A stretch of 64,000 bases of DNA from a bacterium (GTDB lineage: Bacteria; Joyebacterota; Joyebacteria; Joyebacterales; Joyebacteraceae), in the NCBI GenBank assembly GCA_025774245.1, contig JALGWI010000032.1, forward strand, positions 226 through 64,225. The letters run 5' to 3'. Of this stretch, positions 55,574 through 64,000 are shown one piece after another (within the stretch, counting starts at the first letter, position 1; each line of letters starts with the position of its first letter). The position numbers and the translations under genes are program-made. Below the pieces are notes generated by a model. That model ran no database searches and was not told the DNA's origin. It saw only the letters and a program-made list of their open reading frames with translations.

Positions 55574-57916
55574 TCATTCGAAGTCGTTCGCCAGTCGATT
55601 CGGGACGGACTCGAACTCGACCGTCCGCTCTCTCTCGGTCCAGTTCTTCACATCCACACCGTACGCCTCGCGCCGTCCGTTCCGTTCGACGACGAGGCCG
55701 AGTGCTCCCTCGAAGAGGCCCGCATCCGGATCCTGCGGCGGCGCTCCGAGGAGACAGAGATCCCTCCGCTGCCCCGCGACGGCCTCGACGACCGCGCCTC
55801 GACGCCACCCGCCCGTCCGGCAGTCGACCGCGACGCGGTCCGCGCCGGCGCCGTCCGCTCCCGAAAACGGGACGATCGCCGTGACGATCGTCGCCGGGAG
55901 CGTGACGCTCCCGCCGATCGCGACCGCCGGAGCCGGGACCTTTGTCCCGAAGACGGGCGAGACCCACCCGGCGGGCGGATCCTCCCGGCCGCTCTCGATC
56001 TCGATCGCGAGCCCGGGAGGAAGCCACGTCCGAAACGCGATCCCGCTCCCGTCGCCCCCCGCGAACGTGAGGGGCTCGCCGTCGACGGCCTCGTAGCCGG
56101 CCGGCAGCTGCAGCGTCGCACCGACCTCGTGTGAGCCTTTGCCCTCGAGGACGTCCACGACGATCCAGTAGCCCAGCTTCCCGAAGACGACCGTCCGCCT
56201 GTGGCGGACGCCGAGACGCCGGACGTAGCCGTCGTGCGCACCCTCGAAGAGGTCGAAGTGCCGTCCGGTCGCCCACCTCACCTGCTCCGGCCGCGCCCGG
56301 CGCCCCCAGATGAAGGGGCCGAGCATCTCGGACTGGTCGGTCCGGTCGACCGTCACCGTGTTGTGCGCGCGCGTGCTGCGGAAGTGGTCGCGCCAGAGCC
56401 GGTCGCGGTGATAACAGAACGTCCCGGGGTCCACGAGAACCCACTCGCCCTCCACCGCGATCGAGAGCGAGAGGCAGTCCGCGTGACCGTGGGCGGCGAT
56501 CGACGGGTACCCGAGGGGACCGCAATCGATCACGCCGTGCTGAGTCGCGGAGGCCGGGACGAAATAGCCCCCCTCGGGAAACGCCGCCGAGGCCGTACCC
56601 TCGTCGCGCTCCCCGCGAGACGATTCGCGCGTATCGAGCCACGCCAGGACCGCTTCGGGTCCGAAGAGCCAGAGCGCCGGCTCGAGGTCCGGCTCCCTGA
56701 GGAGCCGGGGCACGGGTCGTCCCGCCGCGAGGGCGGCGCACGCTGCCGCGCGCGCGCACTGCCTGCCGCGGACGTCGGAGAGATCGTAGGCCCGGCCGCC
56801 GTCCTCGTCGCCGATCGCCGGCGGAGTCCAGCCCGGACCGCCCGTTCTCTCGAGAAAGACCCCCATCCTGCCGGCCAGTTCCTCGAGCGCCGGCGACAGG
56901 GGCTCGCCGGAGGCCCGTCCGACCGCGAGTACGGTCAGACAGAACTCCAGCACGAATGCCTGATAGTGCAATGTCTGTTCCCGGCAGACGCCGTCGGAGG
57001 TCACCTGCACGGGAACGTCGCGCTCCAGAAGCGCCCTGCCCTTCCGGGCCCATCGGGAGGCTCCCGAGAGGAACGGAAGCGCCGTGCCTATCGCGAAGAG
57101 CCCCGCCGCTTCGCCGATCAGGTGGTTGTTCTTCGACGAGGCATAGATTGATAAATTATCACAGATGTGATTGGCCTGCAACGACACACTGACGAGGAGC
57201 TTCCCGGCATCGCCCTCCCGCACCCCGGCGAGTCCGACGAGGTCGAGCGCCATCCCCCATGAAATGAGGCGGATCCCCAGTTCAAGCGCGCTCGTCCAAT
57301 TGACTCCGTGATAGGGCGGGTTCGCATCGATCCACGAGCGGATGTGATTCCACACCGCCGTCGCGTATCGCGAGTCGCGCGTCAGGCGGTACGCGCGACC
57401 GAGCGTCACGAGGTGGTGGTGCCGGTTGAGCTCCCAGACGTGCCGCGGATCGCCGAGACCTTCCGCGAAGCGGTAGTCGACGTCCGTCCAGAACGACATC
57501 GGCCACTGCCGGCCCGTTTCGGGATCGCGGTTCCAGTCGGGTGCGTTGCCGACCTCGAGGGCCGAGAAGCCGTAGGCCGGGATCGAGCCCGCGAGGATCC
57601 GGTCGGCGGCCACCGTGATCTCCCCGGCCGTCACGCCGATCGCAGCGAGCGAGCGAGCCATCTCCTCGTCGTTCGCAGGGAGCGCGAGGATGCGCTCGCG
57701 CCGCGTCTCCAGGAGCTCCTCCGCAGACGGGCCTCCGCCCGCCAGCACGGCGCGCGGCAGGACGGAGGAGAGCGGAGGCGCGATCTTGCGTCCTCTCCCG
57801 CGCGTCAGGCGGTGCACCGAGTTTCTGACCTCCCGCGCGGCGCGCAGACCGATCTCGGCGGGCGTCATCGCCCGGCTCCTCATGAGAAGCCAGAGGATCT
57901 TCGAACGCTTCCTCAT
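55574..57916 (-). CDS. Heparinase II/III-family protein (polysaccharide lyase/epimerase-like)
   Basis: 780 aa from ATG (GGAGG 4 nt upstream); alpha/alpha-toroid plus beta-sandwich family signature (WNHIRSWIDANPP...VNWTSALELGIRLISW..., ...NHLIGEAAGL...HGHAD...). ATG overlaps the upstream GT4 stop (ATGA). Confidence 0.7.
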   Translation of the reverse strand: MRKRSKILWLLMRSRAMTPAEIGLRAAREVRNSVHRLTRGRGRKIAPPLSSVLPRAVLAGGGPSAEELLETRRERILALPANDEEMARSLAAIGVTAGEITVAADRILAGSIPAYGFSALEVGNAPDWNRDPETGRQWPMSFWTDVDYRFAEGLGDPRHVWELNRHHHLVTLGRAYRLTRDSRYATAVWNHIRSWIDANPPYHGVNWTSALELGIRLISWGMALDLVGLAGVREGDAGKLLVSVSLQANHICDNLSIYASSKNNHLIGEAAGLFAIGTALPFLSGASRWARKGRALLERDVPVQVTSDGVCREQTLHYQAFVLEFCLTVLAVGRASGEPLSPALEELAGRMGVFLERTGGPGWTPPAIGDEDGGRAYDLSDVRGRQCARAAACAALAAGRPVPRLLREPDLEPALWLFGPEAVLAWLDTRESSRGERDEGTASAAFPEGGYFVPASATQHGVIDCGPLGYPSIAAHGHADCLSLSIAVEGEWVLVDPGTFCYHRDRLWRDHFRSTRAHNTVTVDRTDQSEMLGPFIWGRRARPEQVRWATGRHFDLFEGAHDGYVRRLGVRHRRTVVFGKLGYWIVVDVLEGKGSHEVGATLQLPAGYEAVDGEPLTFAGGDGSGIAFRTWLPPGLAIEIESGREDPPAGWVSPVFGTKVPAPAVAIGGSVTLPATIVTAIVPFSGADGAGADRVAVDCRTGGWRRGAVVEAVAGQRRDLCLLGAPPQDPDAGLFEGALGLVVERNGRREAYGVDVKNWTERERTVEFESVPNRLANDFE

Positions 57917-59154
57917 GGCGCCTCCGCACGTCCGACGAGATCCGAGAAGAGACGCTCCAGCGAGTCGACCGCGCGGTCCCAGCCGTACGTCGCCCCCGCG
58001 TACTCGCGACACCGCCTCCTGAGCTCCTCCTTCGCCGCCGCGTCGGAGTTCCACTCGAGCATGACCTGGATGCCGCGCCGGATCGCCGGCGGTTCGGTCC
58101 CGCCGAGGAGAAGCTGCGGAGCGAGCGGCCGAAGGATCTCCGGGGTCGCCCCGATGGGTGTCCCGACCGCCGGCGTCCCGCACGCGAGCGCCTCGAGCGT
58201 CACGAGCCCGAAGCCCTCGAAGGCGAGCGACGGAAGGACGAAGAGGTCGGCTGCCTGGTGGTACTTCACGAGATCGTCGTCGCTTACGAACCCGGCGAAA
58301 CGCACGAGCTCGGACAGGCCGAGCGACGCGACGAGCCCCTGGAGCTCGTCCGCCAGCCGCCCGGCGCCGGCGACGACGAGGAGCACGTCCGGGTAGGCGT
58401 GCCTGACCTCGGCCAGGGCGTGGATCAGGTTCTCGAGTCCCATCCGGGGAACGAGGCGGCGCACCGTGAAGAGGATCGAGCGGTCCGCGGGCAGCCCGAG
58501 CTCCCGACGGACGGCCTCCCTGTCGGCCGCCGGACGGAACCGCTCAAGGTCGACCCCTCCCGGGATCTTGGCGACCTTCTCCGACGCGAACGGGTAGTAG
58601 CTCGCGAGCTGCTCCCTCGAGAACTCGCTCAGGACCACGATCCGGTCGGCCCTCCGGAGCCCCGCCGTCTCCGAGCGGCGGGCGAGCCGCCCGAAGAAGA
58701 GCGACTCGAGCGGCTTCCCGATGTTGCGGTCCGCGCCCTCCAGCCTGAGCTCCTGCCAGAAGGAGGCGTGGAAGGTGATCACCTCCGGAACGACCTTTCG
58801 CCGGGCGACGCCCAGGTAGGCGTAGTACGGGAAGTGATGGTGGGCGAGCACGAGATCGTACGCCTTCTCCGCGAGGAGCCTCGCGACGACGGGCCGCGAA
58901 CGACGGAGCGCGTCGACGGTCCGCCCGCCGAATCGCCGCCGTCCGCCGGCCGAGCCGTAGCGGTGGGCGGTCACGCCGTACATCTCCTCAACGTCGGGCG
59001 TGCCCTCCCGCGTGCGCTGGCCGACGAGGTCGATCGTGTGTCCCCGGGCGGCCAGCCTCCGAACCGTCTCGTAGGCCACCCGCTCGACGCCGCCGTAGCT
59101 GTCGGGGAAGAAGAACTGGTTGATGCAGAGGATCCTGAGATTCCGGTCCATCAT
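57913..59154 (-). CDS. GT4-family glycosyltransferase
   Basis: 413 aa; ...FVLPSLAFEGFGLVTLEALACGTPAV... (E-x7-E). Confidence 0.8.
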   Translation of the reverse strand: MMDRNLRILCINQFFFPDSYGGVERVAYETVRRLAARGHTIDLVGQRTREGTPDVEEMYGVTAHRYGSAGGRRRFGGRTVDALRRSRPVVARLLAEKAYDLVLAHHHFPYYAYLGVARRKVVPEVITFHASFWQELRLEGADRNIGKPLESLFFGRLARRSETAGLRRADRIVVLSEFSREQLASYYPFASEKVAKIPGGVDLERFRPAADREAVRRELGLPADRSILFTVRRLVPRMGLENLIHALAEVRHAYPDVLLVVAGAGRLADELQGLVASLGLSELVRFAGFVSDDDLVKYHQAADLFVLPSLAFEGFGLVTLEALACGTPAVGTPIGATPEILRPLAPQLLLGGTEPPAIRRGIQVMLEWNSDAAAKEELRRRCREYAGATYGWDRAVDSLERLFSDLVGRAEAP

Positions 59155-60332
59155 GAGGCCCGTCTCTTCTCGCGGTAGAGCTGCTCGTAGAGCCGAACGA
59201 CTGATCCGATGCAGGCCTCGATGCTGAACTCGGACTCCACCTTGCGCCTTCCCGCCTCACCCATCTTCGCTCCCCTGTCGGGGGAGCGGAGCACCCTGAT
59301 CATCGCCTCCGCGAGCGCGTCCGTGTCGTGAGGAGGAATGAGGTAGCCGGTCACGCCGTCCTCGACCTCCTCGCTCACGCCCCCGACGTCGGTGGCGACG
59401 ACGGGCAATCCCGTCGCCATGGCCTCGAGGATCGTCAGGGGGAGGCACTCGTTGTCCGACGGGAGTATGAGGAGATCCGAGCTCGCCAGGAGATCGGGGA
59501 TGTCGCGGCGGAAGCCGGCGAAGACGACGAAGTCGGACACGTCGAGCGCCTCGGCCTCGGCGCGAAGCTCGCTTTCGAGCTCTCCCTTCCCAACGAAGAG
59601 GAGCCGCGCATCGGGGACGGCGTCGCGGACCGCGGGCGCGGCCTTCAAGGCGTGCGTGTGTCCCTTGCGCTCCTGAAGCCGCCCGACGAGGGTCGCGACC
59701 GGCGCCCCCTCCGGGATACCCAGCTCTTCCCGAACGCGCGTCGTGTCGAACTCACCCCCGAAGCGCGAGACGTCGACCCCGTTCCTGATCGCAACGATCC
59801 GATCCGGCGGGACCCCGTAGTTGTCGATGTGCATCTGGCGCGAGAGCTCCGACACCGCGATCGTCCGGTCGACGAGCCGGTTGGTGAGCCGGACGAGGGC
59901 CGTGATGATCCTGCTTCCGAACGGGAAGTGCGACTCGACCGAGCGCGCCAGGTGCTCGGTCGTGACGACGACACGCGCGCCGGCCGGGCGAGCCGCCGCG
60001 ACCGCCGGGAGTATCGTGCGAGGGTCGGTCTTGTTGAAGTGGACCAGCTCGTAGCCGCGGAGGTGCTTCCAGCCGACGAAGAGCCCGACGGGATTGTACT
60101 CCTTGGTCGGGAGGAACCGCGTCACGCGGATCCCGCGCTCCTCCAGGTCCTCGACGTAGGGATCCATCACGCGGCGGTCGGAGCAGAAGACGTGCGGCTC
60201 GAATCCGACCCCGCGGAGTCCCTCGACGAGCTGTGAGAGGTAGATCTCGGCCCCCCCCCACTCGGTGGGGTCGGTCAGGAGGGCCAGCCTCGTGGGCAGC
60301 CCCTCGGGCATTGTGCGGCCGTCCCCCATCAT
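59151..60332 (-). CDS. GT4-family glycosyltransferase
   Basis: 393 aa; ...LILPSDNECLPLTILEAMATGLPVVATDVGG...; start/stop overlaps of ATGA type on both sides. Confidence 0.8.
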   Translation of the reverse strand: MMGDGRTMPEGLPTRLALLTDPTEWGGAEIYLSQLVEGLRGVGFEPHVFCSDRRVMDPYVEDLEERGIRVTRFLPTKEYNPVGLFVGWKHLRGYELVHFNKTDPRTILPAVAAARPAGARVVVTTEHLARSVESHFPFGSRIITALVRLTNRLVDRTIAVSELSRQMHIDNYGVPPDRIVAIRNGVDVSRFGGEFDTTRVREELGIPEGAPVATLVGRLQERKGHTHALKAAPAVRDAVPDARLLFVGKGELESELRAEAEALDVSDFVVFAGFRRDIPDLLASSDLLILPSDNECLPLTILEAMATGLPVVATDVGGVSEEVEDGVTGYLIPPHDTDALAEAMIRVLRSPDRGAKMGEAGRRKVESEFSIEACIGSVVRLYEQLYREKRRAS

Positions 60333-61894
60333 TCCACCCAGACCTTTTCGGTCGGGACGGCGACACCGCGGTCGGTCACTTTCTCCTTCGACGGCGGGAT
60401 CCGGCCCTCGCGGACCAGCCGGTTCAGGATCACGATCATCGCCACGAGCGCGTAGTAGGCGTACCCGACGTTACGGTCGTTGAAGATGTGGACGAAGAAG
60501 GTCTGCACGGTGATCGCGAAGATCGACACGAACATCCCCTGCGCCAGGAACCCGTATCCCGGCACGCGCGCGACCGCCCTCAGGTTCGCGATCGACATGG
60601 CGAAGATCCGGATCAGGAGGATGACCCAGATGATCAGAGCGGGGAGACCCATCTCGGCGCCGAACGTCAGGAACACGTTGTGCGCCTGTGAGAGGAAGCC
60701 GTACGGGCGCCACGACGTGTCGGCGTGCCAGGGGAACGCGCCCGGTCCCACGCCGGTGAGCGGGTGGGCCTTGATGAGGTCGATGGCGCTCTTGAAGATC
60801 ATCGGCCGCTCGGAGAACCCGCTTCGGTTGAGCTGGTCGAACCGCGCGCTGATGAGCTCCTGGAGTCCCATGCCCGAGAAGGCGAGCGACATGCCCTGGG
60901 CGACGATGAGGAAGAGCATGAAGAAGAACAGAATCCGGACGAGCGCCCTCTTGTCCGCGATCCCGATCATGACGAAGCCGGTGGTCATCGAGATCCACGC
61001 GCTTCGCGAGTACGTGAAGAGGAGCGCGACGAACCCGATCAGAATCGCGACGTTCGCGTTGAGCCGTCGCGCGAAGCCCTTCAGGTGGTCGACCCCGAAG
61101 AACCAGATCGGCATCGACATGATGAGGAACGCGCCGAAGAAGTTCGGGTGCCCCAGTCCGAGGAACCCGGCGCCGGTCGAGCGCGCGGTACTGACACCGG
61201 CCTCGAGCTGCGTCTCGGTCACCACGACCGCCTCGATGGTCCCGGTGAACCGCGTGTAGATGCCGACGGCCGCGACCAGGAGCCCCGACGACGCGAAGAT
61301 GACGGCGAAACGTCTGAGGTCCTGCGGCGTCCGCACCAGCGTCACGATGAGGAAGTACCACACGAAGTAGAGCAGCTGTTCCTTGTAGTAGAGCAGAACG
61401 CGCCACTGCGCGTCCGCGTCCATCGGCACGCCGGCCGACCGGAACGGATCGATGTTCTTGTTGAGCCCCAGGAGCATCGAGATCGTCACGAACAGGAGGA
61501 AGAGAGCGATGTTCGTGTCGAGCGCCGTTCGTCGGACGAGTGGCCCCCTCTCCGCCAGCTCCTTGTCGACCGAGTAGCGCACCAGGTAGACGAGCCACAC
61601 GGCGATGACGGCGAGATTGAAGCCGCTCACGTGGAAGGTGTCCATGGGACCGAGGCTCGCGCCGGGCCTCGAGAACGCGATCATCGCCGCGAGCCCCAGG
61701 AGCGCCCACTCGATCCGGACGACGGTGAGGACGATGATGGCGGCCGCCATCGTGTAGACGAGAAGGTGCATCGGACCCGGCAGCCTGATCCGCGTGAGGA
61801 GCACGAAGACGCACGCCGCGTAGAACAGGATGGCCGTGCCCCAGAGCGGCCAACGCCGTCCGAACGCGTCCTCGAATCGTGCTATCCCGTACAT
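60329..61894 (-). CDS. O-antigen ligase / Wzy-type polysaccharide polymerase family membrane protein
   Basis: 521 aa, about 12 TM helices, Wzy_C signature ...LLFTYSRSAWISMTTGF... and large periplasmic loop. Confidence 0.7.
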   Translation of the reverse strand: MYGIARFEDAFGRRWPLWGTAILFYAACVFVLLTRIRLPGPMHLLVYTMAAAIIVLTVVRIEWALLGLAAMIAFSRPGASLGPMDTFHVSGFNLAVIAVWLVYLVRYSVDKELAERGPLVRRTALDTNIALFLLFVTISMLLGLNKNIDPFRSAGVPMDADAQWRVLLYYKEQLLYFVWYFLIVTLVRTPQDLRRFAVIFASSGLLVAAVGIYTRFTGTIEAVVVTETQLEAGVSTARSTGAGFLGLGHPNFFGAFLIMSMPIWFFGVDHLKGFARRLNANVAILIGFVALLFTYSRSAWISMTTGFVMIGIADKRALVRILFFFMLFLIVAQGMSLAFSGMGLQELISARFDQLNRSGFSERPMIFKSAIDLIKAHPLTGVGPGAFPWHADTSWRPYGFLSQAHNVFLTFGAEMGLPALIIWVILLIRIFAMSIANLRAVARVPGYGFLAQGMFVSIFAITVQTFFVHIFNDRNVGYAYYALVAMIVILNRLVREGRIPPSKEKVTDRGVAVPTEKVWVE

Positions 61895-62055
61895 GCTGTC
61901 GCTCCGCGATACGTGTCAGGCCAATGTCCTTGCGCGTCTCTGCTCCAAGTACTTCCCGGCCTCGTGCACGACCGCGACACCGGGGCGCTCGTCGCAGACT
62001 CCCCCGCCGGGAGAGCGCTCCCGCGGGCGGTGGCGCCGGGAGGCCGCTCCGGGAA

Positions 62056-62805
62056 CTAGAGCCGCTCGTAGAAAAACCGGGGGATGTAGAACCGCCGGCG
62101 GTTCAGGACCGAGCCGAGGACCCTGGCTCCCGCTCCGTCGAGAAGATCGAGGGCGTGCTGAACGAGCTCCCGCTTTGTGCGGCCGGAGCGGATCACCACG
62201 ACGACACCGTCGACCCTGCGGGAGAGCTGGATCCCGTCGGAGAACGACAGGAGCGAGGGAACGTCGAGCACGACGCACCCGAACCTCCTGCGCAGCTCGG
62301 CCAGCATCCCCTCCATCCGCGAGTGCGCGAGCACCCGCGGCGAGGACACGACCGGCCGTCCCGCCGTCATCAGGGTGAGCCTGGGCACGCTGGTCGGTCT
62401 GAGGCATTCCGACAGCGGCGCATCGGCGAGGATGTGGTCGGAGAGCCCGGGGTCGCGCGCCGTTCTGAAGATCTCGTGGACCGAGGGCCTCCTCATGTTG
62501 GCGTCCACGAGGAGCGTCTCTACCTCGCCCTGTGCCGCCAGCGACGCGGCGAATTCACGGGCGACGAGGCTCGTGCCTTCTCCCGAGACGGACGCGGCGA
62601 ACATCACCGTTCGGCACTCGGACTGTGGCAGCGCGAGGAAGATCTCGGACGCCAGGGTCTGGTACTCCTCGGTGTCGTGGAACGTGAACCGGCCCGATCC
62701 CGGCGACGGCATGGATCGTCGCCCCTGCCGCTCCGGGAGATCCTGGCCGGAACGCCTCGCGCGCTCCTGCCTGGCTCTGTCCATCGCCTTCGAGATCCGG
62801 CTCAT
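62056..62805 (-). CDS. BY-kinase-like (CpsD/Wzc C-terminal ATPase-like) P-loop protein with degenerate Walker A
   Basis: 249 aa from ATG (GGGAG upstream); ...VMFAASVSGEGTSLVAREFAASLA... (Walker A with T in place of the canonical K), Walker A' ...TLLVDANMRRP..., Walker B-like ...VVLDVPSL. No TM domain and no Tyr cluster. Confidence 0.55.
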   Translation of the reverse strand: MSRISKAMDRARQERARRSGQDLPERQGRRSMPSPGSGRFTFHDTEEYQTLASEIFLALPQSECRTVMFAASVSGEGTSLVAREFAASLAAQGEVETLLVDANMRRPSVHEIFRTARDPGLSDHILADAPLSECLRPTSVPRLTLMTAGRPVVSSPRVLAHSRMEGMLAELRRRFGCVVLDVPSLLSFSDGIQLSRRVDGVVVVIRSGRTKRELVQHALDLLDGAGARVLGSVLNRRRFYIPRFFYERL

Positions 62806-62839
62806 GACGCTCCCGCCGGTCCGGACGACCACGCCCCCG

Positions 62840-63964
62840 TCAGCCGTCCGTTCCGCTCCTCGAAACCCAGGCCCCGTCGAAGCCGGAGCCCGTCAGCAGG
62901 GAGACCACCTCCCGAGCCTTCTCGAGCGTCGGGAAACCTCCCTCCACGAACACCCTGTACCACACGCCCTTCTCACCGAGGTCGGCACGCTCGACGCCGA
63001 CGGAGTATCCCGCCTCGAGGAGCTCGGCCGCCTCTCCCCAGGCACCATCCTCCGTCGTCACCGATCTCACGACGACCCGGAACGGTCCGCCGGTGCCGAC
63101 GACCGGCCCGCCTCCGGCGCCGAGCTCGTCGCTCGGGGCGCCGGGAGACTCGGCCATCGTGTCCGAGCCGTTCGGCCCGCCGTCGTCCTGCGCGGCCGGC
63201 CCGTCCGTCTCCTCAGCCGCGGGCGCGCCCGTCTCGGGCGGCGCGTCGATCTCGTGCGCCGCCACACCGGGCTCGCGGATGGCGGCGAACATGCTCGACT
63301 CCCCGCTCGCCGGATTGGTCTCGCTCTCGTTCCCGCCGCTCACAACCGTGGTCTTCCGCACCCAGTCGGGCCACTTCCACGGTCCGGGGTGGCGGACGAG
63401 CAGTGTGAACACGACGGCGGCCGCCGCGATGATGACGATCGTGCTCACGGCCGCCGGGACCCGTGACCGGGCCCGAGGCCTCGCCCATCTCAGATCCGCG
63501 CCCTCGGAGTGCTCCTCTTCTTCCGCGTCGGCGGGCTCATCGTTGCCGTCGGGAGCGTCCTCCTCGGGTTCCTCCTCGGACGTGGGCTCCGCGCAGACGG
63601 GCTCGCGCCCCGGGGTCGACGGCGCCGGCGTCGCGATCACGGCTTCCGGCTCCGGTGCGGGAGCTTCGTGTGCCGGCTCGGGGACCTCGCGTTCGGCCTT
63701 CGCCTCGGGAGCCTCGTAGGCCGGCTCGGGGACCTCGTGTTCGGCCTTCGCCTCGGGAGCCTCGTGGGCCGGCTCGGGGGCTTCGTGTTTGGCGTCTCCC
63801 GGCTCAGGTCCCTGGTTCCCCGCTGTCGGACCGGGGTTCGCGGCCGCCTTCGCCCGCGCCCTCCGTCCCCACCTCCGGCGGGTAGCCTCCTCGGGCTGCT
63901 CTTCCGGCTCGCGCCCGCCCTCGCCGGGCGGGTACCCTTCCATCGACGTGATGGTCTCGCGCAT
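62840..63964 (-). CDS. Membrane protein with cytoplasmic Pro/Glu/Ala-rich tandem repeats, one TM helix and C-terminal SPOR (peptidoglycan-binding) domain
   Basis: 374 aa; 16-aa repeats (PEPAHEAPEAKAEHEV x3), TM AAVSTIVIIAAAAVVFTLLV, SPOR-like ...FRVVVRSVTTEDGAWGEAAELLEAGYSVGVERADLGEKGVWYRVFVEGGFPTLEKAREVVSLL... Confidence 0.6.
   Translation of the reverse strand: MRETITSMEGYPPGEGGREPEEQPEEATRRRWGRRARAKAAANPGPTAGNQGPEPGDAKHEAPEPAHEAPEAKAEHEVPEPAYEAPEAKAEREVPEPAHEAPAPEPEAVIATPAPSTPGREPVCAEPTSEEEPEEDAPDGNDEPADAEEEEHSEGADLRWARPRARSRVPAAVSTIVIIAAAAVVFTLLVRHPGPWKWPDWVRKTTVVSGGNESETNPASGESSMFAAIREPGVAAHEIDAPPETGAPAAEETDGPAAQDDGGPNGSDTMAESPGAPSDELGAGGGPVVGTGGPFRVVVRSVTTEDGAWGEAAELLEAGYSVGVERADLGEKGVWYRVFVEGGFPTLEKAREVVSLLTGSGFDGAWVSRSGTDG
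63673..63800 (-). repeat. Tandem 48-bp coding repeat (about 2.7 copies) inside the SPOR protein gene
   Basis: ccggctcggggacctcg(c/t)gttcggccttcgcctcgggagcctcgt(a/g)gg repeated head-to-tail. Confidence 0.8.
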
Positions 63965-64000
63965 GAGCTTCCTGCTGATGCGGCGCCGGCCCTCCGCATA

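Noticed and set aside
55554-57053. 500-aa N-terminal extension of the AlgD-like ORF (54228..57053)
   Set aside because: Arg/Gly-rich junk overlapping the heparinase-like gene in another frame; the AlgD-like N-terminal Rossmann motif starts at 55553.

Overview
The window is about 69% GC and almost all real genes lie on the minus strand from 4.5 kb to 64 kb. Long antisense and out-of-frame ORFs in the six-frame track are GC artefacts. Coordinates are frame-consistent with the ORF track, but reading positions by eye may be off by 1-2 nt.

Core content:
- Housekeeping genes: leuS; lptE-holA-nth behind an atypical NtrC-like regulator; a long conserved operon rny-ymdB-folD-xseA-xseB-ispA-dxs-nadK-pgsA; and tRNA-Val-infC-rpmI-rplT-pheS-pheT-zapB-like-zapA-rarA.
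- Five tRNAs: Arg(CCG), Val(GAC), Leu(TAA), Cys(GCA), Gly(GCC). Two have near-consensus TTGACA-N17-TATA(T/C)T promoters.
- Envelope and polysaccharide genes: FadL and LptE mark a diderm. A UDP-GlcNAc dehydrogenase/epimerase pair sits next to a HAD-polyprenol-kinase fusion. A polysaccharide locus of about 16 kb carries glgA/galT-like, manC-like, a second IspA-like prenyl synthase, five GT4 glycosyltransferases, a radical SAM enzyme, an AlgD-like GDP-mannose dehydrogenase, a heparinase II/III-like protein, a Wzy-like polymerase, a degenerate BY-kinase-like ATPase and a SPOR/repeat protein.
- Two secreted proteins (an M28 peptidase and a putative glycoside hydrolase) end in T9SS/FlgD-like sorting domains.
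- The plus strand carries only a tandem pair of unknown secreted paralogs (one truncated and frameshifted), a membrane-anchored TPR protein and a secreted MBL-fold hydrolase, with AT-rich palindromic islands upstream.

The most unusual elements are a Clp/Hsp100-like protein with degenerate Walker B motifs in both AAA modules, co-operonic with an aldehyde dehydrogenase and CvpA; the NtrC-like regulator lacking both the phospho-Asp and GAFTGA; the HAD-kinase fusion; and the radical SAM gene in the glycosyltransferase operon. No CRISPR array and no mobile element were found.
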